Assembly (NCBI GenBank): GCA_965287045.1
Contig: OZ336886.1
Span: forward strand, 19,778,001-19,842,000
Reading direction: 5' to 3'
Length of the DNA: 64,000 bases
From: Carcharhinus amblyrhynchos
Taxonomy: Eukaryota
Below the pieces are notes generated by a model, which was not told where the DNA came from, ran no database searches, and saw only the letters and a program-made list of their open reading frames with translations. Of this stretch, positions 24,901-37,809 are shown in pieces. How positions within the stretch are numbered: the first letter of the stretch is position 1; every line of letters starts with the position of its first letter. A program made the translations under genes and the position numbers.

Positions 24901-26369
24901 AAGAGACATTGCACAGGTGGAAACGTGTGCCTGTGCTACTGACATTGTGGCAGTGATAATGGAACTATCGTTAAGCGCATTACAAATACCGAGGAACACC
25001 AAACCACACGGTCATTTTCTTAAGGGCAAAACAGTGGACTTTATATTACACCTTGCACAAAAAAGAATAAAGAACAAACAAGCATGATTTCTCATAACAT
25101 GGAGCCAGCTGAGTCACAGATAATAGCTTCTGGACCAGCAGAGTTGTGTTAGTCCAGCTCCTTTGTTGCTCTCTGTTCAGTGACAATGGAGTTCTGTACA
25201 TATGTGTTTGTATGTTCAAGAGCTCCACCCACTGGTTTCCAGATGCTACTTAAAACTTTTGTGTTACACAAAAAATAAGTTGACGAGTGTAGGGCCTTCC
25301 CTCGAAAACGAAAATGATTCAAAGTCACATTCATCAAGTTTATTGGACTTCTTTGGCAACCTCTTAAACTTGCCTTCCACACAAAATGCCAGCTATTCTG
25401 ACTCCTGCATTATGCTTCACTTCAATGCGGGTCCAAGGCTGCTTTGATCAAATGTAAAGCATTGCCCTAAGCAAGGCTTCAGCTGGTGTGGCTTGGACAA
25501 CAGGGGTGGAATTTACACTTTAACAGCCTGTTTACACACGTCTAAATTCTCAATCAAAAGCCGAGAAAAAGCTAGAAACCGAAAGGAGGGGAGCAAAGGA
25601 AGGGGAGATAGATGGATGAAGGACAGAAGGTATATATAGCACCTTTCACAACCTTAGAACATACCAAAGCACTTCACAACCTGTTTGAAAAATAGCCACG
25701 GCTGTTTCCTACATTACAAGACTGACTGCATTTCAAAAGTAAGCACTTTGGAAGATTGTGAAAGGTGCTATAAAAATACGAGTCTTTCCATACCAGTTGT
25801 CAGTGAAGATTTGAGAGGATGATTATCAACTAATCCTGTATTAGTAGGTCATTCAGAAACTGCTGCGACTTTAGGGATACATGTGAAGTTCAGGGGAAGG
25901 AGTAACGACTCTGCTTGGGAAACAGGTCAATGCAATGTTATCAATTTTTAAATTCCCACATTTCATCTGGTATGCCGCTCATAAATATAAGTAACCTGCA
26001 AATTGAGATGAGCATGTTTATTGTACACACTTATTTATACAATCAATAGGTCTGCTATCTGGCTGTACACATTAACCCGTGTGAATAGTTATGATTCAAG
26101 GGACTTGTTTCAAGTAGAACAGTTTTTACAATCAAAGTTTGAGCATTTAAATGTGAAGTACTAAAACTAATCAATAATGCAGTTTATTAGTCACAAACAG
26201 AGCACTTAAACTTCCTTATGTGAGCCGAGAGTGAATTGCTCTCAAATTCTATTGCAGGATTGGATGTTTGATGTACAATACTGCTCTCCCAACTCAACAA
26301 TAATCCTAGATTTGTTGATGTTTTGGAATTATAGCAGTTTGTGAAGGTTAACATTTGAAATTATGTTCT

Positions 26370-26900
26370 CAAGGGTAGCTCTCTCATCCTTGATCAGAAT
26401 TGGTTCAAGATCACTTGAGCACAAAACCTAGGCTGACACTCCAATGCAGTACTGAAAGCCTGCTGCATTGCAGGAGGTACTATCTCTCAGCAGAGATGTT
26501 CAGTGGAGGCCCTATCTACCTCTGAAGACAGACAGGCTGAAGAAAAACAGGGGATTTTCTCCCAGTGCCCTCAACAATATTTATCTTTCAATCAACATCA
26601 CTAAAAAAGGTACAGAAACAGAAAATGCTGGAAAACCTCAACAGATCTGGCAGCATCCGTGGAGAGAAAATGGAGCTAAAGTTTGAAGTCTGGGCGACCC
26701 TTCGACAGGGCTCTTTGCAAAGATAGTTGCATTCTAGTAAGCATGCCTTATTGCATTGTTGTTTGTGGAACCTAATTGCCAGCAAGTTAATGCTATGCTT
26801 CCAACATTAAAACAGTGCCAACACACTGATATCATTGGCTGTAATGCTCTTTGTGACACTGTCAAGCAGTCAAAGATGCAATGTAAATGAAAGTCTATGG
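26370..26900 (+). mobile_element. Deu-domain SINE interrupted by a Penelope terminal-repeat fragment (about 26612-26710, minus strand)
   Basis: ggctgacactccaatgcagtactga...ttctcccagtgccctcaacaatatttatctttcaatcaacatcactaaaa, with an L2-type tail. Confidence 0.75.
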
Positions 26901-26939
26901 TTATGTTGTAATATTCTTCTTAAAGAACTAGTAACTAAT

Positions 26940-27233
26940 TATAGAATCCTACAGTGTGGAAGGAGGCCATTTGGTCCATCGAGTCTGCACTGATCACAAT
27001 CTCACCCAGGCCCTTTCCCCATAACCCCATGCATTTACTCTAGCTGGTCCCCCTGACACTAAGGTGGATTGGCCATGCTAACCTGCACATCTTTGGGTTG
27101 GCACATGTGGGAGGGAACCAGAGCACCCAGGGGAAATCCACACAGATACAGGGGGAATGTGACAATAACCCAAGCCCGGAACCGAAGTGAGGTCCCTGGT
27201 TCTGCAAGGCAGCAGTGCTAACCACTGTGCCGC
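26940..27233 (-). mobile_element. HE1 SINE
   Basis: Tail, V-domain and head are recognisable. Confidence 0.9.
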
Positions 27234-27711
27234 CAGGGAATATATGTTCTGTGAATTTATATCAATGGGTGCCACATTAATTGTCCCACTGGAGTCATGT
27301 GCCAAGCAACCATGCTTCAGTCTGTCAGTCCACCAGCCCCATGGAGAGCTGAAAGAAATACGCATGATGGAAACCCCAGCATTTTGAGTCGAAAGTGTAG
27401 ATGAACTTAGAGGAATTAAAAGACACAATACATGGTTTTTCCTTCCTAAACTGAGGAAGACCATGCCGGTATTAAAGTTTCAGATCTGCAATTTGAGTGC
27501 GAAAATCCAGTTCCTGGGAGATTTGTTTCAAATCATCTCAAGTGATTTGTAGTTAAATAATTAGCGAGAAACTCTCTGACCAGTATCTGGGTTGCAGTCA
27601 ATCAGAAACTGCTTAGCTCCAAAGTTAAAAGTTTGTGTGTGAATGTGCTATAAAGGACATCTCCACATGAACTGAACAATAGCTTTAATCTCTAACTGAT
27701 TGCGGGTAAAA

Positions 27712-28002
27712 GTTTAAGTGTATTAGTGTTACAAGTAGGCTTACATTAACTCTGCAATGAAGTTACTGTAAAAAACCCCTGAGTTGTCACACTCCGGCGC
27801 CTGTTCGGGTGTACTCAGGGAGAATTTAGCATGGCCAATGCATCTAGCCAGCACGTCTTTTGGGCTGTGGGAGAAAACCGGAGCATCTGGAGGAAACCCA
27901 TGCAGATACGGGGAGAACATGCAAACTTTGCACAGACAGTGATCCAAGCCAGGAATCGAATCCAGGTCCCTGGCATATGAGGCAGCACTGTTAATCACTG
28001 TG
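27712..28002 (-). mobile_element. V-SINE with type-B tail
   Basis: HE1 head and V-domain joined to the cagtaacttcattgca..taatgtaagcctacttgt tail. Confidence 0.88.
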
Positions 28003-29172
28003 AAAAGGTTCATGAAGTCAGTGTAAAAATGTGGAAGGTTACTTGAAACAAATAGCCACTCTCCTAACTTGGTCGTAAGAGCACAAAAATAGATAAAGCT
28101 TATTTCAAACTAAATGCTGCACCTAAATAAATAATAGAGGTAGGGAGAAAGATTCTTTGAATATTATTTATTTAATTAAAATGTCATCATTTTTTCTGGT
28201 ATTGATAAAACTGATTTTCTTTGAGTGTGATATCTTGATAATTCTGCCTTAGGAATTACTGATTTTTTTTCTTGGATACAAACATGTCTAAAGCTTTTAG
28301 GCCTGCCAGCCTCTTTTGCTGAATAAACGAGGAGATGTTGCGCAGCTCATTTGGGGGGGGGGACGGGGGTGGAAATCAGTATGGTAAACACCGAACAGCA
28401 AACATTGCAGTTAAAATACAATGTGTTAAACAGCTGCTACTTGCAAATGTTACAATAACACCATGGTGACCAAGCTAACAATGGGGTCAAAGGTTTCGGA
28501 GGAAAATGGGGTCAATCAGGCAATCCATGGGCTGCGGTAGCAAAGGACAAGAAGTGCAAATATTACTTGAGTCATAGCACTGCATATCAGATCAAAATCA
28601 CATGGAAGGTTTTTCTACAAGGCAGTGGCAATCTCAGATCTTTCTCTTGGCGTTAACTGAAAACATGCCTCTTTCTTTGAAAAATCACAATCAAAATGCT
28701 CAAAAAAGCTAAACTTAAAGGCTGATACCAAGCTGCAAAAGCCTATTTGTGAAAAGAGATGCAAAATAAATACTAAATTTCTGACCGACAACTTTCAATG
28801 ATCCTCCTTGGCCAGTAACAACACCTCCACAAATTTGTTAAGGCGACGGCAGAATAAAGACCAGGTTACAAATGAGAATCCCCAAACAAGACTTGATTGA
28901 CCACAATGTAAACTACTCTGTGATGTTCTGCTATACGTGAACATCTTGCATATCCCAGCAGATTACATGGCAACCTAATACAATGCCAAACACCAGCCAG
29001 TCACTGCTGATTAATTTCTCTAGATTAGTATTCCTGCACACTTATCAGAAGGCAAACTTCACCAAAGGGTGTGTACAATGGAAAAAAAACACTTTTAAAC
29101 AATGTCACTTTACAACCTTCCAGAGTCAATACTGTAATTAATGAATTGCCTGATAATGTAACAATTACTTAC

Positions 29173-29245
29173 ATGTTTGGCCTTCCTCAAGGAGTCTTCA
29201 TTCACAACCGCTTCCTGCTCATTGATTCGTTATTCACCGATAGCC
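29173..29245 (-). other. Candidate 73-nt poison exon
   Basis: tttttaatccag|GGCTATC...CCAAACAT|gtaagt, with stops in all three frames. Confidence 0.3.
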
Positions 29246-29649
29246 CTGGATTAAAAACTGGGGCCTTGTTTTATTGCTAATCATTGCGACTGACAAGGGG
29301 CTGTATTTAATGTGACCAACTCTTACTTTCAGGTTGAAGCAATCAGGTGGGAGAGTGAAATCTAAAAGTAAGCAAGACTGGCGGCAAATTCTTAGACCAA
29401 GTAGGCGTGCTCTTCTGCACCCTTTTGGCATGAATTACAGACACGGTCTGTCCTGATAAAGCCTAATGTTTGACTGGTGAGCAGTGAAAATTGCATTGTG
29501 GTTACATCAAAAGTAGCCAAGGTGCCACATTTAAGCAAGGTATTCTCAAAACTGTGTTCGAAATGCAGCGTAGTACAATGGAAATAAAATGCAAATTAAG
29601 CTGATCTTTCTAAAAAAAAACAACATTCATTTCTACCAAATGTATAAAG

Positions 29650-30252
29650 CCTTCAGTAAGAAGTAAGAAGTAAGAAAGCCTTCAGTAAGTAACTTCAGTA
29701 AGAAGTTTCAGCAAGACCCAAGCACATCTCTGAAAGTTCAGCTTTTCACGGCCAAAAATCTGAAGCTTTGCCTGTAAGGTGGGCTGCTGTTAAAGCCATC
29801 TAGCTTGGAGTGACCTTTGGAGAGAATTCCGAGGCAAGATCTTTGAATGTGAAGTCTGGGATCCCTTGTGAGAGAGACGGAGTCTCAGTGAGATTGGTTT
29901 ACTCAGTGTTACTGACGTCTACATGGGTTGAGAAATCTGTGGAATCTGTTTAGGTTGCATTTGGTATTTATTGTGCACTGTGGTGTGCTCAACCTCAGTT
30001 TACTTATTAATTCACATGTACCTCATATTTACCTCGAATGTTAGACTATAACAAAGAAATGGTAAATTATTTTATCTCTCTGATTTGGTATGGCAAAGTT
30101 TACTTTTGCTTATTCAAAACTCATGGAATCTTGTTGCTTTATTCGCTGAGCAAGTGCCTTGATTCTCAAACCTGGCCAACTTTAAATAAAAAGCTACTGG
30201 TTCTTATCCAGATCTCACCAATAAACTGGGGGTCTGGTGAAGGATCATAACA
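29650..30252 (+). mobile_element. Probable 5'-truncated LTR relic, preceded by short cttcagtaag repeats
   Basis: Ends gggtctggtgaaggatcataaca, similar to the end at 18446. AATAAA motifs upstream. Confidence 0.45.
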
Positions 30253-30299
30253 CTGCTTAAATAAATTATAGTAGAATGCAGCCCGAGTTCTAAACACAC

Positions 30300-32550
30300 T
30301 GTTATGTGTCTGTATGCTTCAGCAGGGACTCCAAGTTCTTGCGAGGCTAGCACCACTTAAAGCTAGACTGCACTACTTACAGCCTGCTTGCAACTCAGAG
30401 GTAATGTGCTGCAACAGGTTCCGGAAGCAATTGGACAGGCCATCCGAGAGCCAAAGAGTAAAAATGTTACAACAGGGAGAGAGTTGGCTCTGATGCAACA
30501 GTGAAGTTCTTGATGCAGGAAGCGAACAGGATAAAAGAGGTTCTCTATCCACAGGGAGCCAAGGATGCACACACCTTGCACACACACATGCACATGTACA
30601 CACACACATGCACATGCACACATGGAAGGCAGTAAGTGCAGATAGCTACCGCTAACACTGTAATATGTTGAGCTCCAAGGACCTCCTGGATGCAGTGCAG
30701 AAGGCTGAACAATTGTAATGAATGCATCATCAAACGTCACATGCTTACAAATAAATCACTCGCCTCACAAACTGATCCATTCACCATCCTCACTTCGGTT
30801 GACTAACAATGTTCTTGACTAACCACACCTCATACCTAACATTCATAATCTCACTTCACCCTCACACTTAACACTGCCGCCCATCTGACACCCACATCTC
30901 TCAGCTTACACACTCCGGCAGCTATTCAACCATATCATACCTTACACAATGGTACACATCTCTCTCTCTCTTGCAGGACAAAGTGATGCATAGCTGCATC
31001 AGCGAGCAGAGGACAGGCGTCACTATGTGTCCTCACTCCCCTGGTACTGACAGCACTGGTAATCCTTGGAGTGATCATAACTGATCTATGGCTGTCAGCA
31101 GGGCCAAAATCATTGACAGTCAGAGCATGTTCTGGCTTAATCCTCTTTCTCATAACCCACTTCCAATTCATCCCGCAATCTTTTTTGATTTACAAGCTGC
31201 AGATGGTTTAAGCATGCACCTCTTTCCTGCTCCTTCCCTCATTACAATACTAGCCTTGTGTTTTTCTCCTTTCAGATACCCAAGAACTGCAGCCTGTCCA
31301 GACATGAGAGGCTGGCAGAGCAGTGGACACAGTTGTGCAGATCCCAGTCCGCTTAAGGGCAAGATTGTACAGGAGTTCTGCTTCAGAGGGTTTAGACAAG
31401 AATTTTGACAGGGTGGTGGACAGACAAGGGCTGATGGGCAAGGATTAAATACTTGCTCAATGGGATGCCTGCCAGAAAGTTTATCGTCACACTCAAGGAG
31501 CATGGAAGAATAACTTGGCACGTGGCTTTGCATAGAGCTTTGAACCCAGCATTTTGCAGCATAAAGCTGTGCGCCAACTCAATGAGAACACAGATTTACA
31601 TGGCCATGATGCAGTGTCTGATAACCGATGTCTCAGCTCCCACTGCAGCACAAGTGGAAGCCATACAATGTCTGAGTGCTGCGCTGGAAGCACAGGCCAT
31701 GACACAAGCACAGCTTGTCGCCATACAGGCCCAAACCGCGGCCATCATGATTGCGATATCAGCGCTCAAAAGGGGGCTTCAGCATCTCACGGTAGTGGAA
31801 CAAACATTCGTCCGACAGATTTCTGGATTGCTGAGATTCCACCCTGGGGCAGTGGCAGTGGTTCCAGGGAGTAGCAACTCACAGTCCTCTCTCAGGACGA
31901 TTACACTTGTCCTCCCACACCCGAGCCCAGTCTGCTAGTTCCTTTTCTGCTGCCTGTCAGGCAGCCACTATTAACTGCTCCTGTCTAAGCTGAGTTACTG
32001 CAGTCAAAAGTTGGTCCGTGTAGGCCCAGAGCTGCTGGACCATCTGCAGTCTCTCTCACTCAACATCAGCAGCCTTCCACCAGGCACGTTGTTATGGTAG
32101 CACTGTATAGGAGCTTTAGGATCGGCAAAGGCACACAAAAAAATTACCACTGAGTATGTGCACATCGGTTTGGAAAATTAAATGGTTTATGTGACAAAGC
32201 TGCTTTGGAATGGTTATTTTTTCGTTGGCTCGTATTTCAGCATTGCCAACCAAGAGGACTGCTTGATCGTCTGCAACAGAATGAGGGGCACAGTGTGCAA
32301 CTGATGAGAATGCGATTTTGTCATTGTGTCAACCAGTACCATAGTCTGATGGGATAATTAGGGACTGGAAGGGATGGGATGGTTAGTTGCATCCTCTGTT
32401 CTTCCTGCTCCTCCTCCTTAAACTCGGCTGCTCACTGTGTCCGAGTTGGCAAGAGCTAAGCCCTCTTGATGGTCAGATTATGCAGAATACAACAGACCAT
32501 AATGAATTATCACATGTTCCGGTGAGTACTGCAGGGCTCCACCAGAGCTT
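30300..32550. mobile_element. Harbinger transposon relic with spliced Myb/SANT gene (+) and convergent transposase C-terminus (-)
   Basis: Plus strand: SDATVKFLMQEANRIKEVLYP, WMQCR, acceptor ctcttgcag|GACAAAGTG, and helical ORF 31453-31938. Minus strand: GGALQYSPEHV..IMVCCILHNL at 32470-32550. Confidence 0.82.
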
Positions 32551-32559
32551 TTATGACTT

Positions 32560-32935
32560 GGAAAAGTTGTTCCTCCATCAAAATTCTTCAAGATTTTGAA
32601 TGCCTCTATGAAATCTCTCCATCACTGTCCCTAATCTAAGGAGGAAAGGTGAAGTTTCTCCAGTCTCTTCATGTAACTGAAGCATTTCATCCCCGGTACT
32701 ATTCCAGCAAATGTTCTGTGCACCATCTCAACGGCCTTGCCATCCTTCCCAAAGTGTGAACTCCAGAAATGACCTCAATTCTTAAATTAGAGCCTAAACT
32801 GTGCTTTATTAAAAAAAACTCTCCTTTTTTGTACTCTCTGCCTCTGTTTACAAATCAAGGATTTCAAATGCCTTTTTAATAGCCTTCATAACTCATCCAA
32901 TCACCTGCAAAGAGTTGTATATACAAATCCACAAG
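32560..32935 (-). mobile_element. Degenerate CR1 LINE fragment
   Basis: Reverse complement of the RT C-terminal region (FWSSH...LEMVHRTF..GIVPGMK). Confidence 0.6.
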
Positions 32936-32959
32936 TTTCTTATTTAAAGATTTTTTCAA

Positions 32960-33025
32960 GGGGTCAATGCAGACTCGATGGGCCAAATGGCTTCCTTCTG
33001 CGCTGTAGGATTGTATGGTTCTATG
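32960..33025 (+). mobile_element. HE1/HER1 3' tail only
   Basis: gcagactcgatgggccaaatggcttccttctgcgctgtaggattgtatggttctatg. Confidence 0.8.
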
Positions 33026-33490
33026 GGTGTGGGAGTCACAGGTAAGGCTAGCATTTGTTGCCCATCCCTAATTGTTCTTGTAAAGGTGGCAAGCTATCTC
33101 CTTGAATAGCTGCAGTCAATCTGTAGAGGCTTGGTACAACTGAGTGGCTTGCTCGGCCATTTCAGAGGGCAGCTAAGAGTCAGCCACGTTGCTGTGGGCC
33201 TGTGCAATGGCCTATGTGACCAAGTAACTTGGTTCTGGTGTTGCTGTTGAGGGATCAATGTTGGCCATGAAACGAGAGGTCTCCACCAATCTCTTTGCCT
33301 AAAGCCATGAAATCTATTTCATCCACTGGAAAGGAAACATGGGGCTTTGCTTTAATGTCTGATCAGAAAGACTATCTGTGACAATGCTGCATGCCTTCAA
33401 TACTGCACTGATGTAGTAGTGATCCTAAAGCCTGGTTTGAACCTATTCTTTCAACTCTGAAGTGTTAATACTATCAATGAGTTAAGGTAA
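33025..33490 (-). mobile_element. Meta-SINE 3' part followed by a Deu-SINE relic
   Basis: gcatttgttgcccatccctaattg...ccatttcagagggcagctaagagtcagccac, then the reverse-complement Deu core and head. Confidence 0.6.
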
Positions 33491-33699
33491 CACAGAGGGT
33501 GATTGAAAACCTATCTGCAAATTCATTATTGGGAAAATCTAGTCCAGACTGTCCATAAAATCAATAATTAGGTACAGTAATTCATTGTACCAACGGTCCT
33601 ATTCCAGAACAAATGATATAATGACTAAATCAAGGTACATTATTGTGTTACTTCAATAACTTGAAAAACATCTTAACATAAAGCAGGCATGGTGAGAAC

Positions 33700-34266
33700 A
33701 ATGGACTGATCTACGCCAGTCTCTCAGACACGCTCCACAGCGCAATCGTTCCATACTCATCATACAGTTGGCAGTTTGTGCCAAACTGGGAGGAAGAGGC
33801 GGTGAAACGTAAACTCCATGTTGAGCCCCCGGCCAACCAGAGGCTTCAATGGCCTCTGAGGCCCCCCCAACATGGCCATCGCACCATGTTTCCACTAATG
33901 GAGACCAGTACATGCTGTTCTAGTGCCTCGACTGAAAGCCGGAGAATCTGGTGTGCTGGGATACGAGTGGGCTATGCATATTTAAATACTGATTTAAATA
34001 TGCTAATTGGCCTTGCACCCAGATCTGGTTTGCGCCATTAGAAAGAGACCGGGAGGATTGCAAACTGTTTGGCGCTGGGCATGAAACCTATTTTTAGGCC
34101 CACATGCTACTCTCCAGGATTGACAAGACCTCCGCCATGAGCAGTGAGGTGAGGATACCACCCCAATGATCTTCACAGGGTGCGAGTTTACCTGCTGTTC
34201 ACCACACACTCTTACTGCAGCGAGGTCGGAGAATCTGGCGGCCAGCCAAATCTCCATTCATTGCAG
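33700..34266. mobile_element. GC-rich non-autonomous DNA element (Harbinger-like)
   Basis: End motif ggagaatctggcggccagccaaatctccattcattgcag is shared with 44232-44270. Confidence 0.5.
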
Positions 34267-34526
34267 TTGTATACAATGATAATATTCCAGGCATAATGTA
34301 TGACTATTTCTGTGACACTTCAAAACTGCTGAAATGTATCTTCCAATGTGTTGGAATCTTAGCAAATTTGAACTACTCAGTTGACAGTTTTGCTGATATG
34401 GAACATCCACTGAGCTAACTGGTAATATCTAGTAACACCCAGTTTATTGGACTTTATCTTTAAGAAATTTGAAGTTGTTAAATAATTCTCAGTATCAGAA
34501 AAAGAATCTGATTACTTCAAGTAATA

Positions 34527-34928
34527 AGGGTAGGTCTTACGAGGAAACGTTGAGGGAGCTGGGGCTTTTCTCTTTAGAGCAGAGGAGGATGAGAGGCGAC
34601 TTAATAGAGGTTTATAAGATAATGAGGGGGATAGATATAGTGGACATGCAGAGACTATTTCCTCGGGTGGATGCAGCTGTTACTGGGGGGCATAACTATA
34701 AGGCTCGTGGTGGGAGATATAGGAGTGATGTCCGAGGTAGATTCTTTACTCAGAGTGGTTGGGGTATGGAATGCACTGCCTGCTGTGATAGTGGAGACGG
34801 ACACTTTAGGAACTTTCAAGCGGTTATTGGATAGCCAGAATGATAGTGTGGGATAGCTTAATCTTGGGTTCGGACATAGCTTGGCACAACATCGAGGGCT
34901 AAAGGGCCTGTACCGTTCTATGTTCTAT
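34527..34928 (+). mobile_element. Well-preserved CR1 (HER1-like) LINE 3' end
   Basis: SYEETLRELGLFSLEQRRMRGDLIEVYKIMRGID...RVVGVWNALP...FKRLLD with one frameshift, then tail gttctatgttcta. Confidence 0.93.
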
Positions 34929-35537
34929 AAGCCTGGCTAATATAAGAGGTAACCATTCCCAATGTAAAACAATTTTCACATTGATGTATATAAATGAAAA
35001 CAATGCATTACAAGTAGTTTAGGATTTATAGACTGCACATTCATACAAACTGATTCAAATAGAGAGGCAACAGATTCCAAATATTTCATTGTGAATTCTT
35101 TCACAATTTGCATTTTATTAACATTAACACATTGATCCTTTGAAGATTTAAAAAAAAACCACTGCATTTTTGTCAGGACAACTTAAATACAATTAGTCTG
35201 TCCAAGTTTAAGTCATTTCTTATCAGTCACAGGAGATTGTAACAATCGTGTGGTTATTGAGCAGAATCAGGCCTGGACTAGAACAGGCACAATCAATCCA
35301 ATTGATTTATTGTGCCCAATTCTTCTGAACAAAATACTATTTAATTTCTTTGTCCACTTTCCAACTTTAAGAACATTTTAAACTAATTCTTGTGAGTTAA
35401 TTATTTAAATGCACACTTCTGAAGGCGGAAAGAAAAATGCTATAAACTTTGCTTCTTTATTATTACAAGATTCACATGTATAGTCAGCTTCCCTTTGATT
35501 TAGTTAGTTCCCATCTATCACAGAACACAAACATTAC

Positions 35538-35655
35538 CGTTCTCTCATTCAAACGTTTCAACCCAAGTTGCTGTTTTGACCCATCCTCATAGACCTGCCG
35601 AGTTTCTAGGATGTCTGCTAACTTGCCAAGCCCGGCTTCAACGAGTTTCAGTTTA
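35538..35655 (-). other. Candidate 118-nt alternative coding exon, (S)KLKLVEAGLGKLADILETRQVYEDGSKQQLGLKRLNERT
   Basis: Acceptor cttgtctcttcaccgtttgctgtttaatag| and donor ACG|gtaatg. The only open frame is phase 2 to 0. Confidence 0.4.
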
Positions 35656-37019
35656 CTATTAAACAGCAAACGGTGAAGAGACAAGTGTATATCATTCCTT
35701 GCTCCCTTTGCTGCAGTCTAGACTTGGCAAACACCCTGCTGCAGGAGAGGAGCCATTCATTTAATCATTTTGGCTGCAATGACAATGTATTCCCCGCTGT
35801 GCATGTTAGCAGTTTCAAACATAATCAATGCCTAATGGCTTCATAAATATTACAACCGAGACTCTTAACAAATTATCATTTAATTTTATGAACTGTACAA
35901 GACTAATTCTTCATTAACTAATGTTTAATGCCAACCCTGGCTCCTTCTCCTCAACAAAGATTACATACAACCATCATACAAATTGGACAAGCTTTATTGA
36001 ATAATGGCTTGGAATTAAGATAAGGAAAGCCATTCTAAAATGTCCTTGCTAAAAATCAAAATAGTTAAACTAATCTTAATGTTGTCAGATATTCTGGTAG
36101 GCATGTTATCATGGAAAGATGAATCTGTAAATCATTTTACAGATTCTTACTATGTATCCATATGATTATAACACACAGCAAACTATTTTATAGTTCTGAT
36201 GCAGAGCCAAAAAGAACTCAAAATGTTAACTCTGCTTTCTCTCCTTATAGATACTGCCGGGCCTGCTGGGTGTTTTCAGCATCCTCGGTTCTTGAAAGGT
36301 ATTTTTACAATTCTTCTTCAGGTTCAATACTTGGTTCAATTTTACTTTATGATGCAAACAGACTAGATAGTTAACAAAAACTCGACAATAAACTGTGTCA
36401 CACAACTGTATTACATCACAAAAACCCCTTTAAACAACTAAAGGCTCTTGGCCAGGTTAAATATGCACAAGGGAGTTCATACATGTTCTTTCTGAATACA
36501 GGTTTACCATAATAAGAGGTTTGAAGTGGTCAGTCAGAACACAGCCCTCCATCATTTCCATGTTACGCCTTCCTGGCTCCAGAACACCCACTAACATGGG
36601 AAAGCCAAATTCTGCACAAATATGTGCAGTGATCAGACTTGTCACGGGTTGACCTGTTGGATGACTTCTTGAGCCTAAGCAATATGAATTTACACGTTGT
36701 ATCCCATTCTTTAAATCTAAACACAAGGCACGAGAACAGGATGTTTACTGGTTCAACTATACTTCTCTAATGTGCAAGGGTCCACTAATTATATTTTGGA
36801 GAAAATTACAGTAATCAAAGATAGTGAACCTTGATCTTCTTGTGTATAACATGTTGCAGTTCTACAAGTCTGAATCTACTTTGGAGAGCAAGTCAACACT
36901 CCTGTACTGTGAGACGGATTGCCTTTGAATCTTGCAGCAAATTTGTAAGCTATATTCATTCACATTGCGACAACCATGAACTAATTCTGGTTAGATCACA
37001 ATAACTGGCATTGGCTGTC

Positions 37020-37340
37020 ACCTAACAAAATGGATCGAGTGGTATCATTTGAGGTTTTTTCAATCTGGAATGAAAGGTAACAAAGGGATTTCAGAGGGCA
37101 GGGTTAAAGCTTTGCCACCAATGGGGGAGTGGAAAGGTGGCAATCTGCACAATCGGCAGCATCATAAAAGCAATGAGTGCATACTTGGCTGAAGCAGATT
37201 GCAAGATTGCAGAAGTGTTTGAAAATAAGAATGAGGATTACAAAGGCAATTCAGCAGGGGAGAGGGAAGTGGTGGAGGTTGGTGAAGACAGGGGAATCTG
37301 TTGAATGGAGTTCTGCTTTACCCAAGACATAGGCCAGATG
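37020..37340 (-). mobile_element. L2 LINE 3' relic
   Basis: Reverse-complement similarity to the L2 relic at 23140-23670. Confidence 0.45.
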
Positions 37341-37809
37341 GCGTTTGTTTAGCACTGAAGCGGGTTTGAGTCACAGAAGAGGTGAGGTAAGATTATAGGT
37401 AGTTGATGGTTCAGAGCTAGATAAATGATCCACTTGATGAAACTGATGTTCAAAGTTCAACTCAGGGTCAATAGGATAGAGTTGACCTACACAAATCAAT
37501 GCTACACACCTCTTAAACTCCAAAAACAAGGTACTTCAAATATGAATAAATGCTCAAACAAGTGCAGATTTCAACCATTGAAAACGTTTGCTAAAGTTTG
37601 TTTTCGTCTTGCATCAATTCTAAAGTTGCTTTCGAGCTGGAGAATAAAGCAGCATTACTCTACAAGTGTCACAAACTGAGCTTATAGAAAGCTGCAACTG
37701 GTGAAGCCACCTTCATAAACTTTAAGATTAAAGGTGGTTTGGATGATTGCTCTTTAACACCTTAAAACTGCAAAAGACTCAAGAATAATTGGCGGTGAAC
37801 TAATGTTTA

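Noticed and set aside
29645-29712. Repeated cttcagtaag units as a CRISPR-like array
   Set aside because: Short slippage repeats with no unique spacers, in vertebrate DNA.
31453-31938. 161-aa helical ORF as a cellular gene
   Set aside because: It sits inside a Harbinger relic whose upstream exons are disrupted.
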